A stretch of DNA of 64,000 bases from assembly GCF_006345805.1 (NCBI RefSeq), contig NC_043020.1, forward strand, positions 19,158,001 to 19,222,000. Direction: 5' to 3'. How positions within the stretch are numbered: the stretch's first letter is position 1; each line of letters opens with the position of its first letter. Of the stretch, positions 1 through 10,845 are shown in pieces. The position numbers were made by a program, and so were the translations under genes. The DNA is from Octopus sinensis (Eukaryota). The notes beneath the pieces are model-generated. The model ran no database searches. It was not told where the DNA came from and saw nothing but the letters and a program-made list of their open reading frames with translations.

Positions 1-271
1 ATCTATGATTAAAAAACTCTACCCCCTATTGCTGTGTGAATTAACCCTTATTTGTTTTTGTTTTGTTTTTTGTATCCCATTTCCCTTCCTTCCCCACTCC
101 ATACCTGTCTTGGGAAACTTCAATACCTCTGACCTGGTTTCAATTCTTTCGGTGATCTGAAACTCCCCCCCCTCACATTGTGTTCTTCAGAAGGGCATGA
201 ACATCCTCACATAACCACCTTCACTTCTTTTGTAACTTTATAGCCTGCTGTCTGATTTATAAATTGATGGT

Positions 272-273
272 AC

Positions 274-306
<33 letters not shown>

Positions 307-623
307 CCTTTCAGGGTCGATAAATAAAGTACCAGTTACACACTGGGGTCAATCTAATCGGCTTAATCCCTTTGTCTGTCTTTGTTTGTCCCCTCTATAT
401 TTAGCCCCTTGTGGGCAATAAAGAATATACTAATAATAATAATTATTATTATTATTATATTATTATTATTATTATTATTATTATCCTTTCAGGGTCGATA
501 AATAAAGTACCAGTTACACACTGGGGTCATCTAATCGGCTTAATCCCTTTGTCTGTCTTTGTTTGTCCCCTCTATATTTAGCCCCTTGTGGGCAATAAAG
601 AAATAATACTAATAATAATAATA

Positions 624-660
<37 letters not shown>
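272..660 (+). repeat. Tandem duplication (about 178 bp period) of (TTA)n plus the 3' half of SINE family A
   Basis: ATCCTTTCAGGGTCGATAAATAAAGTACC...GTGGGCAATAAAGAA occurs at about 305-424 and 483-602, nearly identical, separated and flanked by (TTA)n/(TAA)n. Confidence 0.9.
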
Positions 661-668
<8 letters not shown>

Positions 669-670
<2 letters not shown>

Positions 671-857
671 GGTGGTGAGCTGGCAGAAACGTTAGCATGC
701 TGGGCAAAGTGATTAGTGGAATTTTGTCCAGCTTTACATTCTGAATTCAAATTCTGCCGAGGGGTCGATAAATTAAGTATCAGTGAAACACTGAGGTTGA
801 TATAATCAATCGATCCCCCCACCACTAAATTTCAGGCCTTGTGCCTTTAGTAGAAAG
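669..857 (+). mobile_element. SINE family A, variant tail, degenerate
   Basis: Head AAGGTGGTGAGCTGGCAGAAACGTTAGC, B-box-like GAATTCAAATTC, GGGGTCGATAAATTAAGT core; matches about 20 other copies in the window. Confidence 0.85.
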
Positions 858-944
858 GGTTATTATTGTCATTATCGTTAAGCAGGTGAACTAGCAGAAT
901 CATTAGAAAGCTGGGAAAAATGCTTAGCACCATTTGGTAAGATG

Positions 945-1102
945 GGCTTCTTTTAGTTTTTGTCTTCCAAATCCACTCATAATGCTTTGCTCAGCTTAGT
1001 GCTCTGATGGAAGACATTTTCTCAAAGTGTCACACAGTAGGGTTGAAACTCAAACCATGAGGTTGTGGTGCAAGCTTTTTAACCACACAACCATGCTTGT
1101 TC
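945..1102 (-). mobile_element. SINE family B head/core fragment
   Basis: CCAAATCCACTCA...GAAGACA...AACCACACAACC is the reverse complement of the B head and core. Confidence 0.7.
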
Positions 1103-1204
1103 ATATGAGTGACCTTGACATTGATAAGTTTGGGAAGAAACTCATCTTCAAAAGTGTCCAGCTTATCTATAACTGTCACCACCAGCTTAGCAAAGGTCAA
1201 CTTA

Positions 1205-2030
1205 ACAGCCGTTACCCTAGACTTCAAGACAGATAAACACCAAACACTACAGAAAACCTAATGAAGAAGCAGTTTACATTCATAAACATTCTAACCACCA
1301 ACTGTTATTGAAATCTCTAACCATTTTTCTGATATGGCAGCACCCCATTATAATGATGTTCTAATGAAGAGTGGCCTTACAGATAAGTTACTATACATAG
1401 AGGATACCTCACCTGCATCTTCAAACCATAAGAGAGTTAGAAAAAGAAAAGTTATCTGGTATAATCCTCCATTCAACCAGGCTATTTCTACCAATCTAGC
1501 CAAGCGCTTTCTGAACACAGGCAACATTTTCCTTGTTTTCATAGATATAAACTTGCTAAATCCTATGATGTTATGGTTAGCTATTCATATTTAGATAGCA
1601 TTGCCACTAACATTGCACACTATAACAGCAGCAAACACACATCTGCACAGTCTCCATCCCATCCTACCAGCTGTCTACTGGGAGAAGTCTGCCTTTTGAA
1701 AACTGTAGCCTATAGAACTACCCTTACACTACCTGATGATATAACAAGGAACTACTTGTTGTATCAAGGGAAGATACTTACAGCATATGTATTCCATCAA
1801 ATGTAAGGACAGGGAAATGCTACCTCCTTTTCTTGCTTCATCTGTAACTACAGCAACACCTCACCCAACATCAATTGGAATATACTTGGCAAGACCTCAC
1901 TTTATTCACCCAGCACTTGCAATTTTCAACTCTGCTTCCAGGAAGGGCTGCTCATGTTCCAACAGCATGCAATATTCATCAATAAAAATAAAATGGATGG
2001 CATTTTATATTGTTGTCATAAAAGATATAC
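1205..2030 (+). mobile_element. Decayed Penelope-like retroelement: RT C-terminus, linker and GIY-YIG endonuclease region
   Basis: Frameshifted peptides VTLDFKTDK, YRKPNEEAVYIHKHSNH, AAPHYNDVLMKSG, RKRKVIWYNPPFNQAISTNLAKRFL, VSYSYLDSI, CLLKTVAYRTTLTLPDDITRNY, NINWNILGKTSLYSPSTCNFQLCFQE...CCHK follow the order of the recalled PLE motifs YRKPN..YIH..SNHP, IIWFNPPY, VSYSC, CL.EK. Confidence 0.85.
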
Positions 2031-2423
2031 AATTTTGATGCATTTCAAAACATTGTCCACTGATAGATAACCTTGCTATGCCACCCTAGACTAAGCTGTA
2101 ATATTTGTCCTCAATTCTTGCATCTCAATGGCATTCATCTGTTGTCACTAAGATATCACTGCATTTGCTTGACCATAACTGACCATCAGACATTAAACTC
2201 TTTCTGTACCACACTTCATTGACTAAACAGCAGTAATATCCACATGAAGTGTTTGTTCTGTTGTCACTGTTGTCACTGCAAGAATGTGACCTCTACTGAC
2301 AGATTGTGGTTAAGCTTTCCTTGTAAGAAAGAAGCCATATTGTTTTCTCTCCATTCTTTCCCTGATACCCAAAGAGTTGGTCATTTTTTATTGCAACCAT
2401 GAAACGTTAAGTTTTTATGTACA

Positions 2424-2580
2424 AGCATATCTGTGTGGTAAGAAGCTTGCTTCCCAACCACATGTTTCCATGTTCAGTCCCACTGCATGGGACCTTAAGG
2501 AGGTGTCTTCTACTATAGCCTTGTGAGTGGACTTGATAGATGGAAGCTGAAAGAAGTGCGTTGTATGTGTATATATATAT

Positions 2581-2618
<38 letters not shown>

Positions 2619-2895
2619 ACATACATACTTATATATATATATATATATACACGCGTGCACACTCACACACACATATATATATATTTATGCGTGTGTGGAT
2701 TTGTGTCTGTGTTTGTCCCCCTGCCATCACTTGACAACTGATGTTGGGATGTTTACGTCCCCGTAACTTAGCGGTTCGGCAAAAGAGGCTTACAAGGAAT
2801 AAGTCCTGGGGTTGATTTCTTCGACTAAAAACTCTTGAAGGTAGTGCTGCCGCATGGCCGCAGGCAAATGACTGAAATAAGTAAAAGAATAAAAG
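2424..2895 (+). mobile_element. SINE family B, full length, with internal (TA)n(CA)n
   Basis: tRNA-like head TGTGTGGTAAGAAGCTTGCTTCCCAACCACATG, core CTTGTGAGTGGA...GAAGCTGAAAGAAG, microsatellite, tail GTAACTTAGCGGTTCGGCAAAAGAG...TGACTGAAATAAGTAAAAGA. Confidence 0.9.
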
Positions 2896-4292
2896 AGTAT
2901 ATATATGAGAACATTTTATAAACAAACGTATAAGCACCGAGTGAGTAGGTATTCTACAGAAAATAAAATAATCCTTGGAGACAGGACAGTTTAGAAAATC
3001 AGGTAAATACCCTTATAAGATAGAAAAAGGTGGTTAACAAGCCTCTACAGAGAGTTGAACCATGCATCGCTCAAATTCCAGCTGAGTACTCTATACCATT
3101 AAGAGACAGGTTTGATCGTCTGTCAGGGCTTGCTGGCCACTTTTCGGATAATGGTCAGAGTCAAGATCTATTGAAAAGGTTGCAAGACGCAACAAAAATT
3201 TTAGTAGAAATGAATAAGTGAATGAGTGGAAATCAAACCAGTGAGTGTGTCAAATTAATAAGGCATTAAAAGAGAATGACTCTTCTCAGGCACAATAAAA
3301 TATGTTTCAACACACAAATTCACATAAAGAATCTTGCAAATGAAATACACACACAACTATATTGTTTCATTTTGTCCCTGGAATATGAAGTGCTGCTGAC
3401 TGCAATTGAGAGGTGTCAACTACTACTTCAACCAACCATTCAACTAATTAAAACTCTAAGTAACTTAATTCAAATTAATCACAGCGAATTAACTTTTTTT
3501 TTGTTTTTTGTTTTTTTTTATGTAGAAGTTTCAGAGCAGTCAGTCTCTCATTGTCATCATCATCATCGTTGTTCTCCTCCTCCTCTCCTCCTCTTGATAT
3601 AGGACTTTTTTCTGATTCACCACCCGACATCACCAACTCTACCTTCTGATGACACTGCCATTCCTACTATCTTCCAGTTCTTTTTTTTTTTTCATGACTT
3701 AGGTGCGGATCGGGGTTAGGATGTGGGGGTGGGGAGTGTTCTTCCCTGTGTATTTTTTTTTCTGCTTTCACTTTCACTTTCGGAATATCGAAGTAGTGCA
3801 GGAAGGATGAAGGAAGATGTGTCAGTTGATTCCATCCTGCCACTGCTGCACCACCACTATCACTACGACTTCTACTGCTACCACCACCTCTACCATCATC
3901 ATCATCATCATCATCATTAAACCAATCACTTTATCCTTCCCCACCACCCTGCAACCTTGCCATCTTTCTGTTCTCACCACCACCATCATCACCAGCATAT
4001 GTATGTATGTATATATGTGGGTGTGTATGCATGTATATGTATACATATATATGCTTATAAATGTATGTATGTGTATGCATGTGTGTATATGCTTGTATAT
4101 ATATATATGTGTGTTTATGCATATATATGTGTGTGTGTGTGTGTGTATGTATGCATGTGTTTATATACATATATGTATGCATGTCTACATAGTATACATA
4201 TATGCATGTGTATGCATGTATCTATGTATACCTGTGCATGTGTGTGTTTATAAATATAGATATGACCATGTATATATATGTGTGTGTGTATG

Positions 4293-4326
<34 letters not shown>

Positions 4327-4420
4327 TATTATATACACACACACACACATATAATATACACACACACACATATATATACTCACACACATATATATATATA
4401 CACACACACACATATATATA

Positions 4421-4452
<32 letters not shown>

Positions 4453-6119
4453 ACATACATACTTATATATATATATATATACACGCGTGCACACTCACAC
4501 ACACATATATATATTTATGCGTGTGTGGATTTGTGTCTGTGTTTGTCCCCCTGCCATCACTTGACAACTGATGTTGGGATGTTTACGTCCCCGTAACTTA
4601 GCGGTTCGGCAAAAGAGGCTTACAAGGAATAAGTCCTGGGGTTGATTTCTTCGACTAAAAACTCTTGAAGGTAGTGCTGCCGCATGGCCGCAGGCAAATG
4701 ACTGAAATAAGTAAAAGAATAAAAGAGTATATATATGAGAACATTTTATAAACAAACGTATAAGCACCGAGTGAGTAGGTATTCTACAGAAAATAAAATA
4801 ATCCTTGGAGACAGGACAGTTTAGAAAATCAGGTAAATACCCTTATAAGATAGAAAAAGGTGGTTAACAAGCCTCTACAGAGAGTTGAACCATGCATCGC
4901 TCAAATTCCAGCTGAGTACTCTATACCATTAAGAGACAGGTTTGATCGTCTGTCAGGGCTTGCTGGCCACTTTTCGGATAATGGTCAGAGTCAAGATCTA
5001 TTGAAAAGGTTGCAAGACGCAACAAAAATTTTAGTAGAAATGAATAAGTGAATGAGTGGAAATCAAACCAGTGAGTGTGTCAAATTAATAAGGCATTAAA
5101 AGAGAATGACTCTTCTCAGGCACAATAAAATATGTTTCAACACACAAATTCACATAAAGAATCTTGCAAATGAAATACACACACAACTATATTGTTTCAT
5201 TTTGTCCCTGGAATATGAAGTGCTGCTGACTGCAATTGAGAGGTGTCAACTACTTCAACCAACCATTCAACTAATTAAAACTCTAAGTAACTTAATTCAA
5301 ATTAATCACAGCGAATTAACTTTTTTTTTGTTTTTTGTTTTTTTTTATGTAGAAGTTTCAGAGCAGTCAGTCTCTCATTGTCATCATCATCATCGTTGTT
5401 CTCCTCCTCCTCTGCCTCCTCTTGATATAGGACTTTTTTCTGATTCACCACCCGACATCACCAACTCTACCTTCTGATGACACTGCCATTCCTACTATCT
5501 TCCAGTTCTTTTTTTTTTTTTCATGACTTAGGTGCGGATCGGGGTTAGGGATGTGGGGGTGGGGAGTGTTCTTCCCTGTGTATTTTTTTTTCTGCTTTCA
5601 CTTTCACTTTCGGAATATCGAAGTAGTGCAGGAAGGATGAAGGAAGATGTGTCAGTTGATTCCATCCTGCCACTGCTGCACCACCACTATCACTACGACT
5701 TCTACTGCTACCACCACCTCTACCATCATCATCATCATCATCATCATTAAACCAATCACTTTATCCTTCCCCACCACCCTGCAACCTTGCCATCTTTCTG
5801 TTTCTCACCACCACCATCATCACCAGCATATGTATGTATGTATATATGTGGGTGTGTATGCATGTATATGTATACATATATATGCTTATAAATGTATGTA
5901 TGTGTATGCATGTGTGTATATGCTTGTATATATATATATGTGTGTTTATGCATATATATGTGTGTGTGTGTGTATGTATGCATGTGTTTATATACATATA
6001 TGTATGCATGTCTACATAGTATACATATATGCATGTGTATGCATGTATCTATGTATACCTGTGCATGTGTGTGTTTATAAATATAGATATGACCATGTAT
6101 ATATATGTGTGTGTGTATG

Positions 6120-6153
<34 letters not shown>

Positions 6154-6250
6154 TATATATATACACACACACACACATATATATATACACACACACACAT
6201 ATATATACTCACACACATATATATATATACACACACACACATATATATAT
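2590..6250 (+). repeat. Near-identical tandem duplication, period about 1830 bp
   Basis: Unique sequence at about 2690-4000 recurs at +1830 (ORF 3030 vs 4860, 3276 vs 5106, 3817 vs 5647); both junctions lie in CA/TA microsatellites. Confidence 0.95.
3024..3221 (+). pseudogene. Possible RTE LINE fragment (endonuclease-RT linker); second copy at 4854-5051
   Basis: KKVVNKPLQRVEPCIAQIPAEYSIPLRDRFDRLSGL resembles the RTE linker motif AEYS.EL.NRF..L; bounded upstream by an in-frame TAG. Confidence 0.35.
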
Positions 6251-6475
6251 ACACACACACACAATATATATACTCACACACATATATATATATACACACA
6301 CACACATATATATATATATACACACATACACATATATATATACACACACATATATATATACACACACATATATATATACACACACACACATATATATATA
6401 CATACACACATATGTATATATATATATATATATACATACACACACAAACGTATGTATGTATGTATGTATATAATC
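5830..6475. repeat. Compound (TA)n/(TG)n/(CA)n microsatellite block; equivalent block at about 3995-4460
   Basis: Directly visible dinucleotide mosaics; source of many spurious Y/I/H/T/C/V ORFs. Confidence 0.95.
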
Positions 6476-7151
6476 AAGTGTGACATGATCCAGACAGAGT
6501 ATGTGTAATACATGTTTGTGTGCAGGTCATTGTTATGAATGAGCTGGTTGTCCTTTCAATCTGTGATAGTGAAACTGATAGTGCTATGAAGAAGGTGTTT
6601 CACTCAGACATCCTAGCAGTCCCACACACACGCACACGCACGCACATGCATGCATGCACACTTCGTTGTTGCCTGTTCCGACATCGACCCTCCCCTCTCT
6701 CAGCCTGCCACTCTCTCCCCACTCTTTCTCTCTTTCCCAATCACTCCTACCCTTAAACATAACCATCTCTGCCTTCTCCTCAAACACCACTGCTACCAGC
6801 ACTATCTTACTTACTCCTACCCCCCTCCTCCTACCACAATCCATCTCTTTCTTAGGTTTGTTTACATTTGTGAATATTACTTTGCAAGTTCTACATTCAC
6901 AGCTATTTTCCTACATGTCTCTCTACCTGTCAGTCTGTCTCTCTTTCTAACTATCTCGTATCTATATTTACTTTCTCCCTACCCATGCCTTTAGTATGAC
7001 TATCAATTCCATTTACTTCCTTATCTTTCTCTCTCTCTCTCTCACTCTCTCTCCCACACTTGATGTGTGTGGATATGTGTGTGTCTGTGCATACACACAC
7101 ACACACACAAAGACACTACATACTTGGTGGTGATGGTGATGGTGATGTGTC

Positions 7152-7427
7152 AGCATGGCTGTGTGATAAGATTGCTTCTCAACCATGTGGTCTTAGGTTC
7201 AGTTCCACACCACTGCACCTTGGGTGTTTCTTCTGTTGTAGTCCTGGGCCAACCAATGAAGCCCTTGTGAGTGGATTTGTTAGGCAGGAAGCTGAAAGAA
7301 GCCTGTTGTATACACACACACACACAATAGGCTTCCTTCAGTTTCCACTTGACAGATCTACTCACAGCAGCAGGAGACTGGCTTGGCTGAAACAATATAT
7401 AGATACAGACTGACAGGCATGTGTACT

Positions 7428-7475
<48 letters not shown>

Positions 7476-7560
7476 CTCCCAAGATGCTGTACATTGGGTT
7501 TGAACCAAAACCATTTGGTTGCAAAACGTACATCTTAATCTCACTGCCATGCCTGCACCT
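7152..7560. mobile_element. Two family B head/core fragments in inverted orientation (+ about 7152-7307, - about 7328-7560)
   Basis: GAAGCTGAAAGAAGCCTG then (CA)n then TAGGCTTCCTTCAGTTTCC; the minus copy ends CTCACTGCCATGCCTGCACC. Confidence 0.75.
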
Positions 7561-7687
7561 ATGCTAGAAAAAAAAGATGAAGAAGGTTTGCTTTGATTTT
7601 TTTTCCCTATGTTCCCTACACAGCTATTCTTTTAAATCAGAATATCTGACAGACTTGTATTGTCCCAGGTATTGAGATCTTCAAGAC

Positions 7688-7946
7688 CAGTAGTTCTCAA
7701 CCAGGGCCCACATTGCCCTTGGGGGCTCACACAAGATTTTGTTGTTAAAATTTATCTGCAATAAATTGGTTGTACTTTACAATCTAAAAAATATTTTAAC
7801 AATTTTTTTTAATACAATTCCTAAAAGTATTTGACTGTAAAAATATAATAGGATTTTTTTTAAACATTGAATGGCCAGGAGGGTTCATCAGAATCAAATT
7901 AGGAGTCTAAGAAGTCCATAGGTAAAAAAGTGATTGAGAAGCACTG
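7688..7946 (+). mobile_element. hAT (Buster/Charlie-type) MITE
   Basis: Terminal inverted repeats CAGTAGTTCTCAA...TTGAGAAGCACTG, GGGCCC subterminal motif; 8-bp TSD poorly preserved. Confidence 0.75.
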
Positions 7947-8042
7947 CTCTAACAGAGTGTTAAAATAATGGAACTGAATTTGGTCTCTGAGAGTTCAACT
8001 TAAGACATACTTTGATCCAGTGTTCGTTTCATTGTGTGTGTG

Positions 8043-8075
8043 TTAGAACCAGTTCCCTGCTATCAAACCTCCCCT

Positions 8076-8107
<32 letters not shown>

Positions 8108-8445
8108 TAGATCCAGCTTCCTGCTATTATATAACCCCTGTTGTGTGTGTGTTAGGCCCAGCTCCCTGCAATCATGATTCTTGTGTTTGTTTGTTTGTTT
8201 GTTTGCTCCTTTGTCCCATCTGTTTGTTGCCATGTTTGTTTGTGTGAAACTCACCTTCTTACCAACGCATGTTACTCTGTATATATATGTGCGTGTGTGT
8301 GTGTGTGCCTTAGATCCAGTTTACTATCAGTGCATGTGTGTGATCTGACTGCAATTGCGTATGCAATTATTTTAACACGCATGCATGTCTGCACCTACGT
8401 ATATATGTATGCATACATGTATGTACAAATGCATGTGTATGCCTG

Positions 8446-8485
<40 letters not shown>

Positions 8486-8610
8486 CATCTGCTAGGTACT
8501 TGTGTGTATATATGTGTACATTAAAACTGGCTTAATGTGTGTGTGTGTGTGTGTTAGAGCTGGCTTAGTATCGTGTGTGTGTGTGTGTGTGTTAGACCCA
8601 GCTTATTTCT
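8043..8610 (+). repeat. Degenerate array of (TG)n + TTAG(A/G)NCCAG(C/T)T units
   Basis: Motif at 8043, 8107, 8152, 8310, 8592 and a variant at 8554, each preceded by (TG)n. Confidence 0.65.
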
Positions 8611-8769
8611 ATTGTCTGTGTGCATCTCTCAGCTCACTTCTGCCAGAACCCCTGACTCACACAACAACAACAACAAACTGACATTACTCATCACGCAGTT
8701 ATTCTATGCTGGTCACTTGCAGCAAGTAAACACACACTGCAGGAATGCACATGCAGTGTACGGTGAGCA

Positions 8770-9035
8770 GCAGCAGCATCGGTAACTGCTACTGCTGCAC
8801 TCTGGTGCTCCTCCTCCTCCTCCTTAGACTACTACTACTACGAGTCTCACTGCTGCCAACAATGATGAAGATGCTGCGCTTCAGTAGTGAGTATGATGAG
8901 GAGGAGAAGGATTGAACATGACAATGGTGGTGATGACAATGACAGTGGTGGTGGTGGTGGCGGTGGTGGTGATGGTAATGATAATGATGATGAAGGTTGT
9001 TGTTGGTGGCGGCGGTGGTAGCGGCGGCAGCTGCT
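8770..9035. repeat. Compound trinucleotide repeats (CAG, CCT, ACT, GGT, GAT, GGC)
   Basis: Visible runs; produce the poly-His/poly-Ala ORF 8789-9118. Confidence 0.85.
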
Positions 9036-9265
9036 AAAGCCTTACCCCCTGCGTTAGATGTACACAGCATACATCTACTTGCCACCACCCTAATGTCTCT
9101 GTAATTCTCTCCAGACATACCGTTTCATCACACAGTAACATCCCCTGAAGTTTTCCAACTGAATCGGAAACAAAAGGTCTTCAGGTGTTAGTGGTGAGGT
9201 TGGTGGGAATTTACTTGACATTTTTTTTCCCCCCTTTCTATTATCTGGAAACGGGCATTTGTTTA

Positions 9266-9624
9266 ATGAGGGCCAACAAGGCCTCACCACATACGGCCAC
9301 ATGTTTCCATATGACTGCCCCCACTAATGCACACACCACCCTCATGGTATGTATTTAGCAGTTTTCATTGATTTGGATGGCATGTTTTTGCTGTTCTGTT
9401 TTACAGCTGGATGCTGTGCTTCAGAAGTCCTTCCAGCTTGTCAGAATTGAGCTTCTCTCAAGCCTTCCCCCTCATCTCGTCTTCTAACATCCATTCTTCC
9501 ATCAGTTTTCTGCAGTACCATGTTTCCTTCCTTTACTTCCGCTGTACTGATTTTCCCTGTGCTGTTCCCTGTCATCTGTCACACTATTCTCACCCTAACA
9601 TACTTAACTACAATATTAACTTTT

Positions 9625-9683
<59 letters not shown>

Positions 9684-9887
9684 AGGCAGACTACGTATTA
9701 ACCTATTCAGCAAAAAACCTGTTTCTGTCCCTTTATCTTACTTTCTTATCCCTCACTGCTATATTCTCTTCTGTTGATGAGGGCCAACAAGGCCTCACCA
9801 CATACGGCCACATGTTTCCATATGACTGCCCCACTAATGCACACACCACCCGCATGGTATGCATTTAGCAGTTTTCATTGATTTGGA
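9266..9887 (+). repeat. About 112 bp direct repeat pair (9266-9377 and 9777-9887) flanking a probable RTE 3' remnant and (CT)n
   Basis: ATGAGGGCCAACAAGG...CATTGATTTGGA twice, differing by 2 substitutions and 1 indel; minus-strand 9400-9600 weakly resembles an RTE C-terminus. Confidence 0.8.
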
Positions 9888-9934
9888 AATTTCATTGATT
9901 TTGCAGGTTCTTGTGAATCTTATTAGTGCTGGTG

Positions 9935-10125
9935 CCACAGAAAAAAAAAACACCCAGTACACTCTGAAATGATAGGCATTAGGAAGGGCATCCAGCTGAC
10001 GTATAAGATCAGTGAAGCCGACATAGATCAATGAAGCCCTCTGGCTCAATCTATTCATGTCGAGTCATCCAACCCATGCCAGCATGGAAAAAGGGACATT
10101 AAATGATGATGATGATAATGATGAT
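9935..10125 (+). mobile_element. Family F ((GAT)n-tailed RTE-type 3' end/SINE)
   Basis: GGCATTAGGAAGGGCATCCAGCTG...CCAACCCATGCCAGCATGGAAAA...TTAAATGATGATGAT. Confidence 0.8.
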
Positions 10126-10574
10126 AATTTTTAGAATTATAAGTTGGTACCCCCATCATCTAAATAACTATTACTAATTGATAAGCAGATTACCCAAATC
10201 CTCTTCAGTTTGATTAGGACTGGGGTTGATTCTGTTTTCAACTAAACCCTTCAAGGTGGTGACCCAATATGGCTGCACTTCAAAGACTGAGACAAATAAA
10301 AGATAAAAGATGGGCATTGTATGTTGGCTCTAGCAGCCAGTCCCTCCACAAGCCATCCTCTCCATTGCATGGTTCTTTCCCATGCACAGTAGCAAGGCTG
10401 CCATTCTGCTTTGGTTCCAAACTCAGCTGTATAGTTGCCCAATTTGATAAAGGTTTTGTAATTTTGCAGTAGTTCTTTCTGAGAAATAGATCACATAAGA
10501 AATAGCTTTTGTTGATACAGATACTCTGCCATAGTGTTATGATGTAATACTTGTGATAATCTGAGACCACTAAT

Positions 10575-10845
10575 ACAACATACCATGCCGGTGGTATGTG
10601 AAATACAACATTTGAGTGAGGGCGTTGCCAGTACCACCTGACTGGCCCTCATGCCAGTGGCACATAAAAGTACCTACTACACTCTCGGAGTGGTTTGTGT
10701 TAGGAAGGGCATCCAGCTGTAGAAACTCTGCCAGATCATATTGGAGCCTGGTGCAGCCATCTGGCTCACCAGTCCCCAGTCAAACCGTCCAATCCATGCC
10801 AGCATGGGAAGCGGATGTTAAACGACGATGATGATGATGATGATT
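10575..10845 (+). mobile_element. Family F, long copy
   Basis: GGAAGGGCATCCAGCTGTAGAAACTCTGCCAGATC...GCATGGGAAGCGGATGTTAAACGACGATGATGATG. Confidence 0.85.

Noticed and set aside
3030-3221. 63-aa ORF as a host terminal exon
   Set aside because: Weak acceptor and resemblance to an RTE linker motif; kept only as a low-confidence LINE fragment.
3765-3781. CTTTCACTTTCACTTTC, an IRF/ISRE-like motif
   Set aside because: Short tandem hexamer with no supporting context.
3817-6513. Long ORFs up to 278 aa rich in Y/I/H/T/C/V (also at 29.4, 43.2, 45.9 and 49.6 kb)
   Set aside because: Translations of (TA)n/(CA)n/(TG)n microsatellites, which lack stop codons; open on both strands.
8789-9118. Poly-Ala/poly-His ORF resembling a transcription-factor low-complexity region
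   Set aside because: Explained by compound trinucleotide repeats; no recognisable domain.
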